Shown: positions 1 through 10,101, numbered from the stretch's first letter. The stretch: DNA of 64,000 nt from Alphaproteobacteria bacterium (GCA_965214705.1 CBDCCI010000002.1:640001-704000); one strand, 5' to 3'. Translations and numbers: made by a program. The notes: generated from the letters alone by a model not told the origin.

Positions 1-20
1 CCTTGCCGCGTTACCTATTG

Positions 21-770
21 TTACTCCGCCGCGCGCTGCGTACCGCCAACCTCCATCAGGTCCACGAAATTCCGGAAGAGCCGGCTGCCGTTGGCGCGCA
101 GCGTCTCCTCCTTGGCAGCCGCGTCCGCCACCATCCGCGCGAAGGCGCCCGCGCCCTGATCCCGCTCCAGCGCGGCGATGTATTCCGGGAAGGCCTCCGT
201 CGCCTGCACCAGCGCGGCATCCACCTCCATGTGGAACTGCACGCCGTAGGCGCGGGGCGCGAGCCGATAGGCCTGAACCGCGCAGGCCTCGGAGGTGGCG
301 AGCAGCACCGCTTGCGCGGGCATCGCGGTGACGGCGTTCAGGTGCCACTGCATGGTGAGCGGGGTCGCCGGCAACCCGGCGAAGAGGGGGTCGGCGCGGC
401 CCGCCTCGGTCAGCGCGAAGTCGACGATGCCGACCTCGGCCTCCGCCAGTGGCGCCACGGTGCCGCCGTGGGCGTCCGCCAGAAGCTGGCAGCCGAGGCA
501 GACCCCCAGCACCGGCATGCCCTCCGCCACGGCGTCGCGCAGCAGCGCCTTCTCGGTGCCGAGCCAGGGATGAAGGTGCTCCTCGTCCGCCTGCTGCGGC
601 CCGCCCATGGCGAGCACGGCGTCGTAGTCCTCAAGCGGCGGGAAGGGCTCGCCCTGCCAGGGGTCGCAGGCACGCCATTCGATGCCCGCCTGCTCCATGA
701 CCTCGCCGAAGAAGCCGGGCTGGTCGATCTCCGAATGCCGGATGACCAGCACCCGGCGTGCCGCCGTCAT
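21..770 (-). CDS. Type 1 glutamine amidotransferase
   Basis: GGP loop, nucleophile elbow GVCLGCQLL, GVQFHME catalytic H-x-E. Confidence 0.9.
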   Translation of the reverse strand: MTAARRVLVIRHSEIDQPGFFGEVMEQAGIEWRACDPWQGEPFPPLEDYDAVLAMGGPQQADEEHLHPWLGTEKALLRDAVAEGMPVLGVCLGCQLLADAHGGTVAPLAEAEVGIVDFALTEAGRADPLFAGLPATPLTMQWHLNAVTAMPAQAVLLATSEACAVQAYRLAPRAYGVQFHMEVDAALVQATEAFPEYIAALERDQGAGAFARMVADAAAKEETLRANGSRLFRNFVDLMEVGGTQRAAE

Positions 771-773
771 GCC

Positions 774-1916
774 CTACCAGAGCCGGTCGGAGGCTATGGC
801 AGCGCCCTCGGCGAGCGCGCCCAGCTTGGCGTAGACGATCTCCGAATCCACCCGGCCGAAGCCCGCGAAGGTGCCGAAGCCGCAGTCGCCCCCCGCCAGC
901 ACGCGCTCGCGGCCCACGATGTCGGCGAAGCGGCAGATGCGCTCCGCCACCAGCGCCGGGTGCTCGACGAAGTTCGAGACCGAATCGATCACGCCGGGGA
1001 TCAGCACCTTGTCCTCCGGCAGGCCGCGCTCCTGGAACACGGACCACTCGTGGGCGTGGCGCGGGTTCGCCGCCTCAAATGAAATTGCCTGCGGCTTTGC
1101 CTTCATCACCGTGTCGTAGATCGCGTCCAGCGCGATGTCGCAGACGTGGGGTCCCTCGTAGTTGCCCCAGCAGAGGTGGAGCCGCGCGGCCTCGGCGGGC
1201 ACGTTCTCCAGCGAAGCATTCAGCACCTCGATGTTGCGCTCGGCCACGGCGACGAACTCCGCGTCGCTCTTGTCCTTGTGGATGCTGTGCCGGGTCATGG
1301 CGAGGTCGGGGCAGTCGAGCTGGATCACCAGGCCCGCCGCGTGGATCGCCTCGTACTCAGGTCTCATCATCTCGCAGAGCACGTCGAGGTAGGCGTCCTC
1401 GCTCGGGTAGTACTGGTTGGGCTGGAAGAACGCGATGACGCCGGGCGAGGCCGCGTTCATGAAGCCCTCGACCGCGCCGGCCGCGTCCAGCGCCGCCGCC
1501 ATGTTGGCGAGGTCCTTCCGGAGCGGCGCCTCGTCCTTGATGCTGATCTCGCCGACGCAGGGCGCGCGCCTCACCTGCGGCGCCTCGCCCATGGCGGCCA
1601 CGCGCTGCACGTAGGCCGGGAACATCTCCATGTCCCGCGGCATCTTGCGCTTGCTGTCACCCGCGAAGCCGTGCAGCCGCTCCGTGACGTAGGTGGAGTA
1701 GCCGCTCTTGCTCATCTCGCCGTCGGAGACGATGTCGACGCCTGCGTCCACCTGCCGGCGCACGACGTCCGCCACGGCGCTCACCATGCAGGCGTCGAAG
1801 GCGCCCTGGTCGGCCAGCGTCTCGTTCTCCTTGGCGAGCAGCATGTCGGAGACGTCCTGCGGCCTCGGCAGGGAGCCCACATGCGTGGTGAGAATGCGTT
1901 CGGTGCTGAGCTTCAT
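774..1916 (-). CDS. Cobalamin-independent methionine synthase II family protein
   Basis: Starts MKLSTERILTTHVGSLPRP; Zn ligands HLCWGNY and DCGF; start moved to ATG 1916 (GGAGGGAGG RBS upstream). Confidence 0.9.
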   Translation of the reverse strand: MKLSTERILTTHVGSLPRPQDVSDMLLAKENETLADQGAFDACMVSAVADVVRRQVDAGVDIVSDGEMSKSGYSTYVTERLHGFAGDSKRKMPRDMEMFPAYVQRVAAMGEAPQVRRAPCVGEISIKDEAPLRKDLANMAAALDAAGAVEGFMNAASPGVIAFFQPNQYYPSEDAYLDVLCEMMRPEYEAIHAAGLVIQLDCPDLAMTRHSIHKDKSDAEFVAVAERNIEVLNASLENVPAEAARLHLCWGNYEGPHVCDIALDAIYDTVMKAKPQAISFEAANPRHAHEWSVFQERGLPEDKVLIPGVIDSVSNFVEHPALVAERICRFADIVGRERVLAGGDCGFGTFAGFGRVDSEIVYAKLGALAEGAAIASDRLW

Positions 1917-1986
1917 GCCGTCCTCCCTCCATCCCTGTAACGGGACGGCCAACACGCCGGGACTATACGCGCTCGCCGGGTTGGCT

Positions 1987-2145
1987 GCGACCACTCATGC
2001 CGTGGGTACATACGGTCGCCGGGACGCTTGACCGGCATCCGGGGCGGGCGGCGAAGTGATCGGGTCCGACCGCGTGCACGGCCGCAGCCTTGCCCGCGCA
2101 GGCCTCGCGCACGATGGGGCAGCATGTGCGGGACGCGCAACCGGA
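1987..2145. repeat. Left composite repeat A(1987-2050)+B(2041-2145)
   Basis: Direct diverged copies at 5374-5438 (A') and 5246-5350 (B'; about 90/105 identical by manual alignment); B encodes an oligopeptide ABC ATPase C-terminal tail on the minus strand. Confidence 0.85.
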
Positions 2146-2218
2146 GTGTGGGCAACTGGCTTCTGTACCAAGACTCGTTTCTCGTATAATGCCGTCGAAT
2201 CCGTTGGGGGGATTTGCG

Positions 2219-2968
2219 TTGGCTGACGCGAAGGACCTAGTCCTCAAGATCGAGGCCTACGCTCCGGAGACGATTCCGATGAGTCGTCTTGCGGAGTACA
2301 TGACTGACCTGGCCATGCTCCTCGGGGAGAAGGCTAGTGTTCATTTCGTGCGACTTGATCCTGGGAGTACCCAACTGGTTCACCGCATTGACCACGAAGC
2401 CGTGCCCAAGGTGGAAGAGCGTCTGCGCCAAGTGAAGACAGGAAGTGGTCCGAGCGAGGCTCAGCGCGCTGTCGCTGAAATTGACCGGCGGCTAGCTGCG
2501 GACAACGCGAGCGGGGTTCTGAAGGAAGAGTCCGGGGCCGAAATTATCCCGTTCCCCGGCATAAATCGCTTCGTCGAACCGGAGTATGGTCCGTTCAATG
2601 AGCCCGGTTCTATAGATGGCGTCATAATCCGGGTTGGGGGACAAAGACAGAAGGTTCCAGTGCATCTCGAAACCAGAACTGGTTTTGAGACTCATTGTGA
2701 AACTACACGTGAAATAGCGAAGGAGTTAGGAAAACTACTATATGGTCCAGAGGTGCGATGCATCGGTTCCGGTCGCTGGCACAGAGACGGCGAGGGCACC
2801 TGGGAAATGCTCAAATTCACGATTTCCGGATTTTCTATATTGGACGACCGACCGTTGGCAGAGGTAGTTGCCGAACTCCGGGCTGTCGAGGAAAGTGGGT
2901 GGAAAGAACTTGCCGATCCGTGGGCCGAGCTTTCTGAGCTTCGATCTGACAGTAAGGCTCCGCGTTAG
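2219..2968 (+). CDS. Hypothetical protein, partner of PIN gene (C-terminal half possibly OB-fold-like)
   Basis: Probable TTG start after GGGGGA; open frame to TAG overlapping the GTG of the next gene; lower GC than flanks. Confidence 0.7.
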   Translation: MADAKDLVLKIEAYAPETIPMSRLAEYMTDLAMLLGEKASVHFVRLDPGSTQLVHRIDHEAVPKVEERLRQVKTGSGPSEAQRAVAEIDRRLAADNASGVLKEESGAEIIPFPGINRFVEPEYGPFNEPGSIDGVIIRVGGQRQKVPVHLETRTGFETHCETTREIAKELGKLLYGPEVRCIGSGRWHRDGEGTWEMLKFTISGFSILDDRPLAEVVAELRAVEESGWKELADPWAELSELRSDSKAPR

Positions 2969-3525
2969 TGGTACTATTCGACGCTACCATCCTGTTGCTC
3001 TTGTTGGACCCTACTTTGCCGGCACCGACCGACGCGGCTACAGGAAAGGAGGTGACGGACGTAGGGCGACGAATCAACCATCTTGTAAGTTCTCTGCAAA
3101 AGGACCGAACAAAAATTATCATTCCAACACCCGCTCTTGCAGAGGTGCTTACTCAAGCAGAGCGGGCGGGCGCCGACTACTTTACGAAGTTGCACCGATC
3201 GGCAGCGTTCAGATTCGAGCCATTTGAGACCCGTGCCGCCATCGAATTGGCCCGGATGACGGCGCTGGCCATCGCCGGCGGAGACAAACGAGAAGGCCTC
3301 TCTGCTTCCTGGAACAAGGTCAAGTTCGACAGGCAAATTGTCGCCATCGCAAAAGTAACGAGGGTTTCAACGGTATATTCTGATGACGAAAACTTAGGGA
3401 AACTCGCCAAAGCTCAAGGGCTTGGCGTGACAACCATAGGGGAATTGCCCTTGCCTTCCGAAGATGCCCAGATGGCATTCGCTTGGGACGTGATGCATGA
3501 TGAGCAAGAGGCTGACGACGACTGA
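2968..3525 (+). CDS. PIN-domain ribonuclease-like protein
   Basis: VLFDAT, IIIPTPALAEVL, KFDRQIVAIAK, VYSDDENL: the acidic PIN motifs. Confidence 0.8.
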   Translation: MVLFDATILLLLLDPTLPAPTDAATGKEVTDVGRRINHLVSSLQKDRTKIIIPTPALAEVLTQAERAGADYFTKLHRSAAFRFEPFETRAAIELARMTALAIAGGDKREGLSASWNKVKFDRQIVAIAKVTRVSTVYSDDENLGKLAKAQGLGVTTIGELPLPSEDAQMAFAWDVMHDEQEADDD

Positions 3526-3640
3526 GGCGGTCAGTCAGAGACAACGCTTCCTCGAAACAGCCCACGTCGCTGGAAGTGTCAGACGTCACCCGAGCGTAGG
3601 CATAGGCCGTGCCAACGGGTGCTCAGATGGGTGTTAGCCT

Positions 3641-5142
3641 GAGCCACTTGCAAAATTCCGCATTTGAGCGGGATTTTGCCGCCGTGGCGGTCAGATTGTC
3701 CTGGAAATCGGGACCGCTCTCTGTTCCTGTCGGGTTTCGGACAACGTCGACGGAGAGGGCGGCCCCATGTCGCTGGGACAGACACTATCCGGATTCTGGC
3801 ATCACATTCAAGCGGATCTTTTCCCGTGGCTTGAGGAGGAGCTCGGGCCGCTCGGCGAGAGGTACCGGCGCTTCGTCACCGTGCTTGAGCTTGCGCGGGT
3901 CGAGAGCTTCCTTCCCCATTTCCATGGCCTGCCCGGTCGGCCGGTCGAGGATCGGGCGGCCTTGGCCCGCGCCTTCATCGCCAAGGCGGTGTTCGACGTA
4001 CCCACGACGCGCGCCCTGATCGAGCGCCTTGAGAACGACAAGACGCTACGCCGTCTCTGCGGCTGGACCTATGCCGCAGAGATCCCGAGCGAGGCGACGT
4101 TTTCGCGGGCGTTTGCGGAGTTCTCCGAGAGTGCGTTGCCCGCTCGCGTGCATGAGGCGCTGATCAAGCAGACCCTCGGAGACCATCTGGTCGGGCACGT
4201 CTCGCGCGACTCGACGGCGATCGAGGCGCGCGAGAAGCCTCAGCCCAAGCCCAAGGCGGAGAAGCCGAAGCGCAAGCGCGGCCGCCCGCGCAAGGGCGAG
4301 GAGCGGCCCAAGGAGGAGCGCCGCGTGAAACGCCAGCTCACGATGAGCTTGCCCCAGATGCTCGACGACCTGCCGAAAGCCTGCGACGTCGGCACCAAGC
4401 GCAACGCCAGGGGCCATACCACATCGTGGATCGGTTACAAGCTGCACATCGACGCCGCCGATGGCGGCATTCCGATCAGTTGCATCCTGACGTCCGCCTC
4501 GCTGCACGACAGCCAGGCCGCGATCCCGCTGGCGAGTATGACCGCCGACCGCGTCACCAATCTGTACGACCTCATGGACTCAGCCTATGACGCGCCCGAG
4601 ATCGGCTGGCACAGCTACCTGCTGGGCCACGTCCCGATCATCGACGTCAACCCTCGCGACAAGGAGTACAAGGAGGAGCTGGCGCGCGAGGCCAGGGCGC
4701 AGAGAGGCGTCGGTCACCGCCACCCGGCGGACGAGCGCTACAACGAGCGCTCGAACATCGAGCGCATCAACGGTGGGCTGAAGGACAACTGCGGGGGCCG
4801 CCATGTCCGCGTGCGCGGCCATGCCAAGGTTCATTGCCACCTGATGTTCGGCATCCTGGTGCTGACGGTCGACCAGCTGATGCGCCTCCTGGCCTGAGCG
4901 GCGCCTCCGTCGCTGTCACGCCGGCACGCCTCCCTCCGCGGAGGCGCAAAAAGCCATGTCCGCATCGCGACGGCGGGTCCAAAATGCGCCCGCATGGGCA
5001 TCGGTTTGCGGCGAATCGGCGCCCCGGCGGCAGCCAGCGACGTCCGCTCGTCCCGAAGTTCATGTTACGTTCCGACCGTCAATGTCCTCACGCCGGGCTC
5101 TCGGGAAAAGCAGACCGCGCCTGGGAGTTTTGCAAGTGGCTC
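3641..5142 (+). mobile_element. IS element (IS5/IS1182-like)
   Basis: TIRs GAGCCACTTGCAAAATTCC / GGAGTTTTGCAAGTGGCTC; 5-bp TSD AGCCT at 3636-3640 and 5143-5147. Confidence 0.92.
3767..4897 (+). CDS. DDE transposase (IS5/IS1182-like)
   Basis: PSEATFSR, VSRDSTAI, GYKLHI, MDSAYD, RSNIERING motifs. Confidence 0.9.
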   Translation: MSLGQTLSGFWHHIQADLFPWLEEELGPLGERYRRFVTVLELARVESFLPHFHGLPGRPVEDRAALARAFIAKAVFDVPTTRALIERLENDKTLRRLCGWTYAAEIPSEATFSRAFAEFSESALPARVHEALIKQTLGDHLVGHVSRDSTAIEAREKPQPKPKAEKPKRKRGRPRKGEERPKEERRVKRQLTMSLPQMLDDLPKACDVGTKRNARGHTTSWIGYKLHIDAADGGIPISCILTSASLHDSQAAIPLASMTADRVTNLYDLMDSAYDAPEIGWHSYLLGHVPIIDVNPRDKEYKEELAREARAQRGVGHRHPADERYNERSNIERINGGLKDNCGGRHVRVRGHAKVHCHLMFGILVLTVDQLMRLLA

Positions 5143-5245
5143 AGCCTGTATGTTCATTTTACTTGGTCGCCAAACCATGATCACGCACTTCGGCTCTCAG
5201 TGGTGCAGACTATCTAATCTCCCTTGCTCCAAATAGCTCCCCGTA

Positions 5246-5438
5246 GGGGCAGGCGGCGAAGTGATCGCGGCCGACCGCGTGCATGGCCGGTGCCTCGCCA
5301 GCGCAGGCCTCGCGCACGATGGCGCAGCGCGTGCGGAACACGCAGCCAGATGGCGGCGCGAGCAGAGACGACAGCGACCACTCATGCCGGAGGCCGCATA
5401 TCGTCGCCGGGACGCTTGACCGGCATTCGGGGCGGGCG
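5246..5438. repeat. Right composite repeat B'(5246-5350)+A'(5374-5438); ABC ATPase 3' remnant
   Basis: Minus strand reads APPSGCVFRTRCAIVREACAGEAPAMHAVGRDHFAACP, the Cys-rich tail of OppD/DppD-type ATPases; no Walker domain present. Confidence 0.8.
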
Positions 5439-5476
5439 TAACCCATCGCCAGCAGACGGCGGGACTCAGGCGCATC

Positions 5477-6637
5477 ATGAACGAGCAGCAACAACCTCTC
5501 GCGGAGAGCGACGAGAAGGGCGCCTTCCGCTTCTACGACAACCGCCAGAAGTACCTGCTATTCGTCAACACCTGCAGCGAGAAGTGGGTGGTCTCCGAGC
5601 GCGCCGGGATGGAGCTCGGCCTGGTCCACCCGCGCCCGCCGGCGCTCCGGGTGTTCGATGCCGGCATGGGCGACGGCACCGTGCTCAGCGGGGTCATGCG
5701 GAACATGCACCGGCGCTACCCGACGATGCCGTTCTACGTTGTCGGCAAGGAAATCTCGGTGGAGGACGTGCGCCTCTGCCTCGAGAAGATGCCCGACCGG
5801 CTGTTCGAGCACCCGGCGACGGTGCTGGTGGTCACCAACATGCACTACTCGGAGGCGCCGTCGCTGCAGCCCCGCTCGATGCAGGCGGCGGCAACGCTGA
5901 ACTGGATCGAGACGCCGCTTGCGGGCAACACCTCCCACGAGTTCCACGAGCAGATCGCAGCGCTCCAGCCCACTCTGGCTGACACCTGGCGGGTGCGACC
6001 GAGCCCGAAGACCGGCAATCCCCTCTACGTCCGCGCGTCGGTGCTGGTACTCTACCGCGAGGACCACAAGTTCCTGCTCGACCCCGTGATCCCGCGCCCC
6101 GGCCGCGCCAGCGACGGCTACGACCTGGTTCTCGCCTCGCAGCCCTACCGGGCGCGCATGCCGGTCGACTTCAAGGTGAAGCGGGTTCTGGCCCCGCTCG
6201 CCCGCAGTCTGGCGCCGGGCGGCAGGCTGCTCTGTATCCAGTCCCACGGCGGCGATCCGGGGCTTGAGATCGTCCGCAAGATCTGGCCCGACGAGCAGCC
6301 CTTCCAGACCGACCGCCACGTGCTGCTCAAGGCGCTCAAGGAGGAGATCGGCAAGAGCCGGCGCGATCTCAGGTACAACGCCTATTCCGACAAGCGCGCG
6401 ATCTTCCGCTACGACATGCACACGCTGCCGACCGAGATCGAAGGCTCTAGCATCGGCACGTCCACGCTGTTCGCCGCCTGGAACGCGGCGATCTACGTCG
6501 CGCAGATCGAGGACGCGCGGCTCGAAGGCGTGGTCGCCGACGGCTCCTATCTGGATGCCACGCGCGAGACCCTCAGCGAATACGGCGGGCTCTGGTTCTA
6601 CGACGAATCCTTCGTGGTCTCACGCCGCCGCGATTGA
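5477..6637 (+). CDS. Hypothetical protein with SAM-dependent methyltransferase-like fold
   Basis: VFDAGMGDGT motif I; YDLVLASQPY; LAPGGRLL. Confidence 0.7.
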   Translation: MNEQQQPLAESDEKGAFRFYDNRQKYLLFVNTCSEKWVVSERAGMELGLVHPRPPALRVFDAGMGDGTVLSGVMRNMHRRYPTMPFYVVGKEISVEDVRLCLEKMPDRLFEHPATVLVVTNMHYSEAPSLQPRSMQAAATLNWIETPLAGNTSHEFHEQIAALQPTLADTWRVRPSPKTGNPLYVRASVLVLYREDHKFLLDPVIPRPGRASDGYDLVLASQPYRARMPVDFKVKRVLAPLARSLAPGGRLLCIQSHGGDPGLEIVRKIWPDEQPFQTDRHVLLKALKEEIGKSRRDLRYNAYSDKRAIFRYDMHTLPTEIEGSSIGTSTLFAAWNAAIYVAQIEDARLEGVVADGSYLDATRETLSEYGGLWFYDESFVVSRRRD

Positions 6638-6661
6638 AGGTGCGGCCGGCTCACATTCCGT

Positions 6662-7462
6662 TCATGGCGAGCCGTCGGCGGGCGGTTCATAGAACGAGAA
6701 GTACCGCGCGCCGAAGTCGCTCACCATGGTGCTCTCCACGCGGATGACGCCGCCGCCGTAACGCGTCAGGTCCATAACGGTCGCAGCCCCGTCGACCCTC
6801 AGCCTCAAATCCCCGAAGCGCGCGACTCCCGCGATCTCCGTCAGGTCGATCAGGTCCTCGCCGTGCATGAAGTCCGTGATCGTGTCGGCCCCGTGATGCG
6901 GCTCGAACACGAACACGTCGGCGCCGGCACCGCCTGTGAGCGTGTCGTCGCCCTCGCCGCCCACCAGCCAGTCATCGCCGTTGCCGCCGACGAGAACGTC
7001 GTCGCCCGCGCCGCCGAAGAGGTCGTCGTCATCCTCGCCGCCGGCAAGCGCGTCATCGCCGTCCTCCGGCGAGAGCTCGCCACTGTCGCCGATGAGGGTG
7101 TCGTCTCCGCCGCCGCCCCAGAGGGTGTCGTAGCCCTTGTCGCCGATGAGCAGGTCGGCGCCTGCGGCGGCGACGATGAGGTCGTTGCCGTCGTCCCCGC
7201 TCAGGACTTCTGCACGCTCGCTCCCGAAGAGAACGTCGTCGCCTTTCCCGCCCGCGACGATCTCGGGCTCGCCTCCGCCCTTGATGTTCTCCTGGGGAGC
7301 GGGACCGCGCCGGGTGTCGTCCGCCAGGAACACGGCGAGCAGCGCCATGCCGAGGAGCACGACGAAGACCGGCCACGCCGTCGCCGGGACGCCGGGCGCC
7401 GTGCCGCGCTGCGCCACGCTGGCTCGATCGGCCTTCGCTCTGCCTTGTCCACCGCTGCCCAT
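6662..7462 (-). CDS. RTX/hemolysin-type calcium-binding protein with N-terminal hydrophobic segment
   Basis: Multiple GGxGxDxLx nonapeptides, GADVFVF...DTITDF tail. Confidence 0.85.
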   Translation of the reverse strand: MGSGGQGRAKADRASVAQRGTAPGVPATAWPVFVVLLGMALLAVFLADDTRRGPAPQENIKGGGEPEIVAGGKGDDVLFGSERAEVLSGDDGNDLIVAAAGADLLIGDKGYDTLWGGGGDDTLIGDSGELSPEDGDDALAGGEDDDDLFGGAGDDVLVGGNGDDWLVGGEGDDTLTGGAGADVFVFEPHHGADTITDFMHGEDLIDLTEIAGVARFGDLRLRVDGAATVMDLTRYGGGVIRVESTMVSDFGARYFSFYEPPADGSP

Positions 7463-7603
7463 CCGGGATTAGACGCGTAGGCCGGCGCCGAATCCCAATA
7501 CCGTTTTCCTGGGCCTCCCATAGGATCGGAGCCGACCGGCATGGAGCCTCATACGTGCCGGGCATACCCAGCCTCGTTGCGGCGTGTCGGCGGCGCTGCG
7601 GCC

Positions 7604-7720
7604 TCACATCCCGTCGATGGGAGCCCCGTTGGCGGGCGGCTCGTAGAACACGAAGTCCGCCGCATCGAAATCTTCGGCGGCGACGCCCTCCAGCCGGATC
7701 AGGCCGCCGCCGCACGAGAG
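7604..7720 (-). pseudogene. Orphan 3' tail of a second RTX gene
   Basis: Translates LSCGGGLIRLEGVAAEDFDAADFVFYEPPANGAPIDGM*, paralogous to the end of 6662-7462. Confidence 0.7.
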
Positions 7721-7807
7721 CGCTTCGCCGGCGCAATTTCCAGCAACGTCGGGCGGAAGCACCAGTGTATCCTCCGCTCGGATTCGCCGCCTCGAAGGGC
7801 TCCCGCC

Positions 7808-8635
7808 ATGTCCTCTCCCGCCGTCGCCGAAGCCCCCTCACGCCACGCGGAGGCGGAGTGGGCCACCCGCGTCGAGCTCGCCGCCCTCTATCGGGTCATG
7901 CACCTCTACGGCATGACCGACATCGCCAATCAGGAGGTCGGCGCCCGCGTGCATGGCGAGCCGGATTGCTTCCTCATCCACCCTTACGGGCTCCTGTTCG
8001 AGGAGGTCCGCGCCTCGGACCTCGTCAAGGTGAGCCTGGACGGCGTGGTGGTCGACGGCCCCGGCATCTGGGCCGGCAGCGGCCGCGAGAGCTTGGTCGC
8101 GCACGCGGGCGAGCGCTGGGTCAGCGACGGCGGGGTGAACCTCGGCAAGTGGATCTTCGGCACGCGCCCCGACTGCGGCTTCTTCATCCACGCGCACTGC
8201 GAGGACGTGATGGCGGTCCCCGCGACCGAAGGCGGGCTGCGCCCGGTGAGCCAGGCCTACATCTATCTCCGGGAGCACATCGCTTACCTCGGCTACGACT
8301 TTGCCGAGGACGACGAGTACGCCGCGCTGTTCCGCGGGGCGATCGCCGAGCACGACATCGTCGTCTCGCATCACCACGGCTACTACGCCCTCGGCCGCTC
8401 GGCGGTGGAGGCTTTCTTCCGGGCGTTCTACCTGCGCCAGGCGTGCGCGGTGCAGGTCAAGGCGGCCGCGATTGCGGCGGGCACGGGCGAGCACTTGCGC
8501 GAGATGGACCCACAGCGCGTCGCGATGATCGAGGACCAGATGCGCGCCTCCGCCCACTACCACTACGACGGCAGCACCGAGTGGGCCGCCCTTATGCGCA
8601 AGCTGGAGCGCACCTGCCCCGATTATCGGACGTGA
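7808..8635 (+). CDS. Class II aldolase/adducin family protein
   Basis: RVELAALYR, FLIHPYGLLFEEVRASDLVKV, IHAH, HHG metal-binding residues. Confidence 0.88.
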   Translation: MSSPAVAEAPSRHAEAEWATRVELAALYRVMHLYGMTDIANQEVGARVHGEPDCFLIHPYGLLFEEVRASDLVKVSLDGVVVDGPGIWAGSGRESLVAHAGERWVSDGGVNLGKWIFGTRPDCGFFIHAHCEDVMAVPATEGGLRPVSQAYIYLREHIAYLGYDFAEDDEYAALFRGAIAEHDIVVSHHHGYYALGRSAVEAFFRAFYLRQACAVQVKAAAIAAGTGEHLREMDPQRVAMIEDQMRASAHYHYDGSTEWAALMRKLERTCPDYRT

Positions 8636-8938
8636 GCGCAGCCCTGGGGTCGGGGTGACGATAGGCTTACGGATTGGCCCCCGGATCGGAGCGCATCGGC
8701 GCGCAAGGCCGACCGCTCCTGCCCGCATCCCTCGGATTGGCACCCATCGCCGGTTAAGCGCGCGCCCCATTTCTTGATCCGTGTCCCATGCAATTTTCCT
8801 GTGGGCGCCCCGCGAATACAGCATTGCCTTTTTCTCTGGGTTCTCATACATGCCTTCAGATGCGGCAAATCATAGGGATTCGAGAAATGACTGAGAGCAA
8901 TCCCTTTGCTGTGATTTACCATATGTGGGAAGACCCCA

Positions 8939-9880
8939 ATGACTGAGTTAGAGATTTTGAAAACTGTTGCCCAGACTCCGAAGATTCTGCACGAGGTTTA
9001 CGGAGATTTAGCTAAGCCTGGTGTGCGACAAGTGGGAAAGGCACTTGGTACCATTCTTGGGCTTGGTAATACAATTCTCTGGCCCTTAGCACTGCAAAAT
9101 GAGCGTTCACGGATTGCACTGGAAACAAATTTAGAAAGATATCGACGAAAAATGGAGAATCTGTCCGAGGAACAGATCTGCGAAGTCGCTCCAGAGGTAG
9201 GTGTACCCGTTGTAGAGAAACTGGCATACGTTACCAATCAGGAATTGAGTGAAATGTATGTGGAACTGCTTGCGAAAGCATCTCAAACTCAAGAGGCGAA
9301 TGCAGCCCATCCGAGCTTTGCCAATATTATTAAGGAACCTCTGATTTATCAGGGGTTCCCGTGGCACAGGGATGTGCCACCATTTTCGGTGTCTGTAAGT
9401 CACTGAAAATGTGAGCAAAGCGGAAAGCGCGCTTCCGCCTTGCGCGTCTGAGAAATGCAGGAGGCACTTATTCAGACCTTCCCTAACAGTATATCACCTG
9501 ATGAAGCGATCGTGATTAGATCAATACGAAGGGCCTCGTCGATACCATATGTTTCGGTTCGGTTATATGAGAAGGGCAGATCTGCATGGATTGAGCTGCA
9601 ACCCATGGTGTTAAATTTGTCCTGCTCTGCTGACTTGACTTACCCGAACAATGTTCCTGCATACATTAGCAACTTAGAAGGGTTAGGAGTATTGGATATT
9701 CAGGATATGTTTAGCATAGACAAGGATGAACTTTATGCGCCAATTGAAGATATAGCGAGAAAAACTCATTCGGATATACCCGAAAATCTAAGGGACAGAG
9801 AAATAAAGTTTGATCGCGGAAAAATCGATATTACGTCATTTGGTCGGTTATTCCTATATGCCTGCTTCCCAAGCCAGTAG
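8939..9880 (+). pseudogene. Abi-alpha/DUF4393-like gene split by a MITE
   Basis: Removing 9334-9486 restores MYVELLAKAS...HPSFANIINSISPDEA; later YISNLEGLGVL and ITSFGRLF typical of DUF4393; AT-rich. Confidence 0.8.
9334..9482. mobile_element. 149-bp IS5-type MITE
   Basis: Ends GGAACCTCTGATTTAT / CTTATTCAGACCTTCC resemble IS5 TIRs; flanked by TTAA and CTAA (YTAR target); no transposase. Confidence 0.8.
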
Positions 9881-10007
9881 TTTAGGAGAAAATGCACAAG
9901 ACGTGCGCATGGTAGTAGAAACGTAGTCACTACCTCTATTGTCCGGTTGCTGAAGTTCGCATGGTTTCGGGTTGGCTGTGTAGTCTCCCCGATCCTGCGA
10001 ATCTCCT

Positions 10008-10101
10008 CGTCATGCCCGGACTTGTTCCGGGCATCTCGCTCAGCGAGAACCGTTGAGTCCCCAACCAACACGTGGATGGCCGGGACAAGCCCGGCCATGA
10101 C
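10008..10101. repeat. Alphaproteobacterial REP-like doublet (CGTC-type)
   Basis: CGTCATGCCCGGACTTGTTCCGGGCATC ... GATGGCCGGGACAAGCCCGGCCATGAC inverted palindromic pair. Confidence 0.8.
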
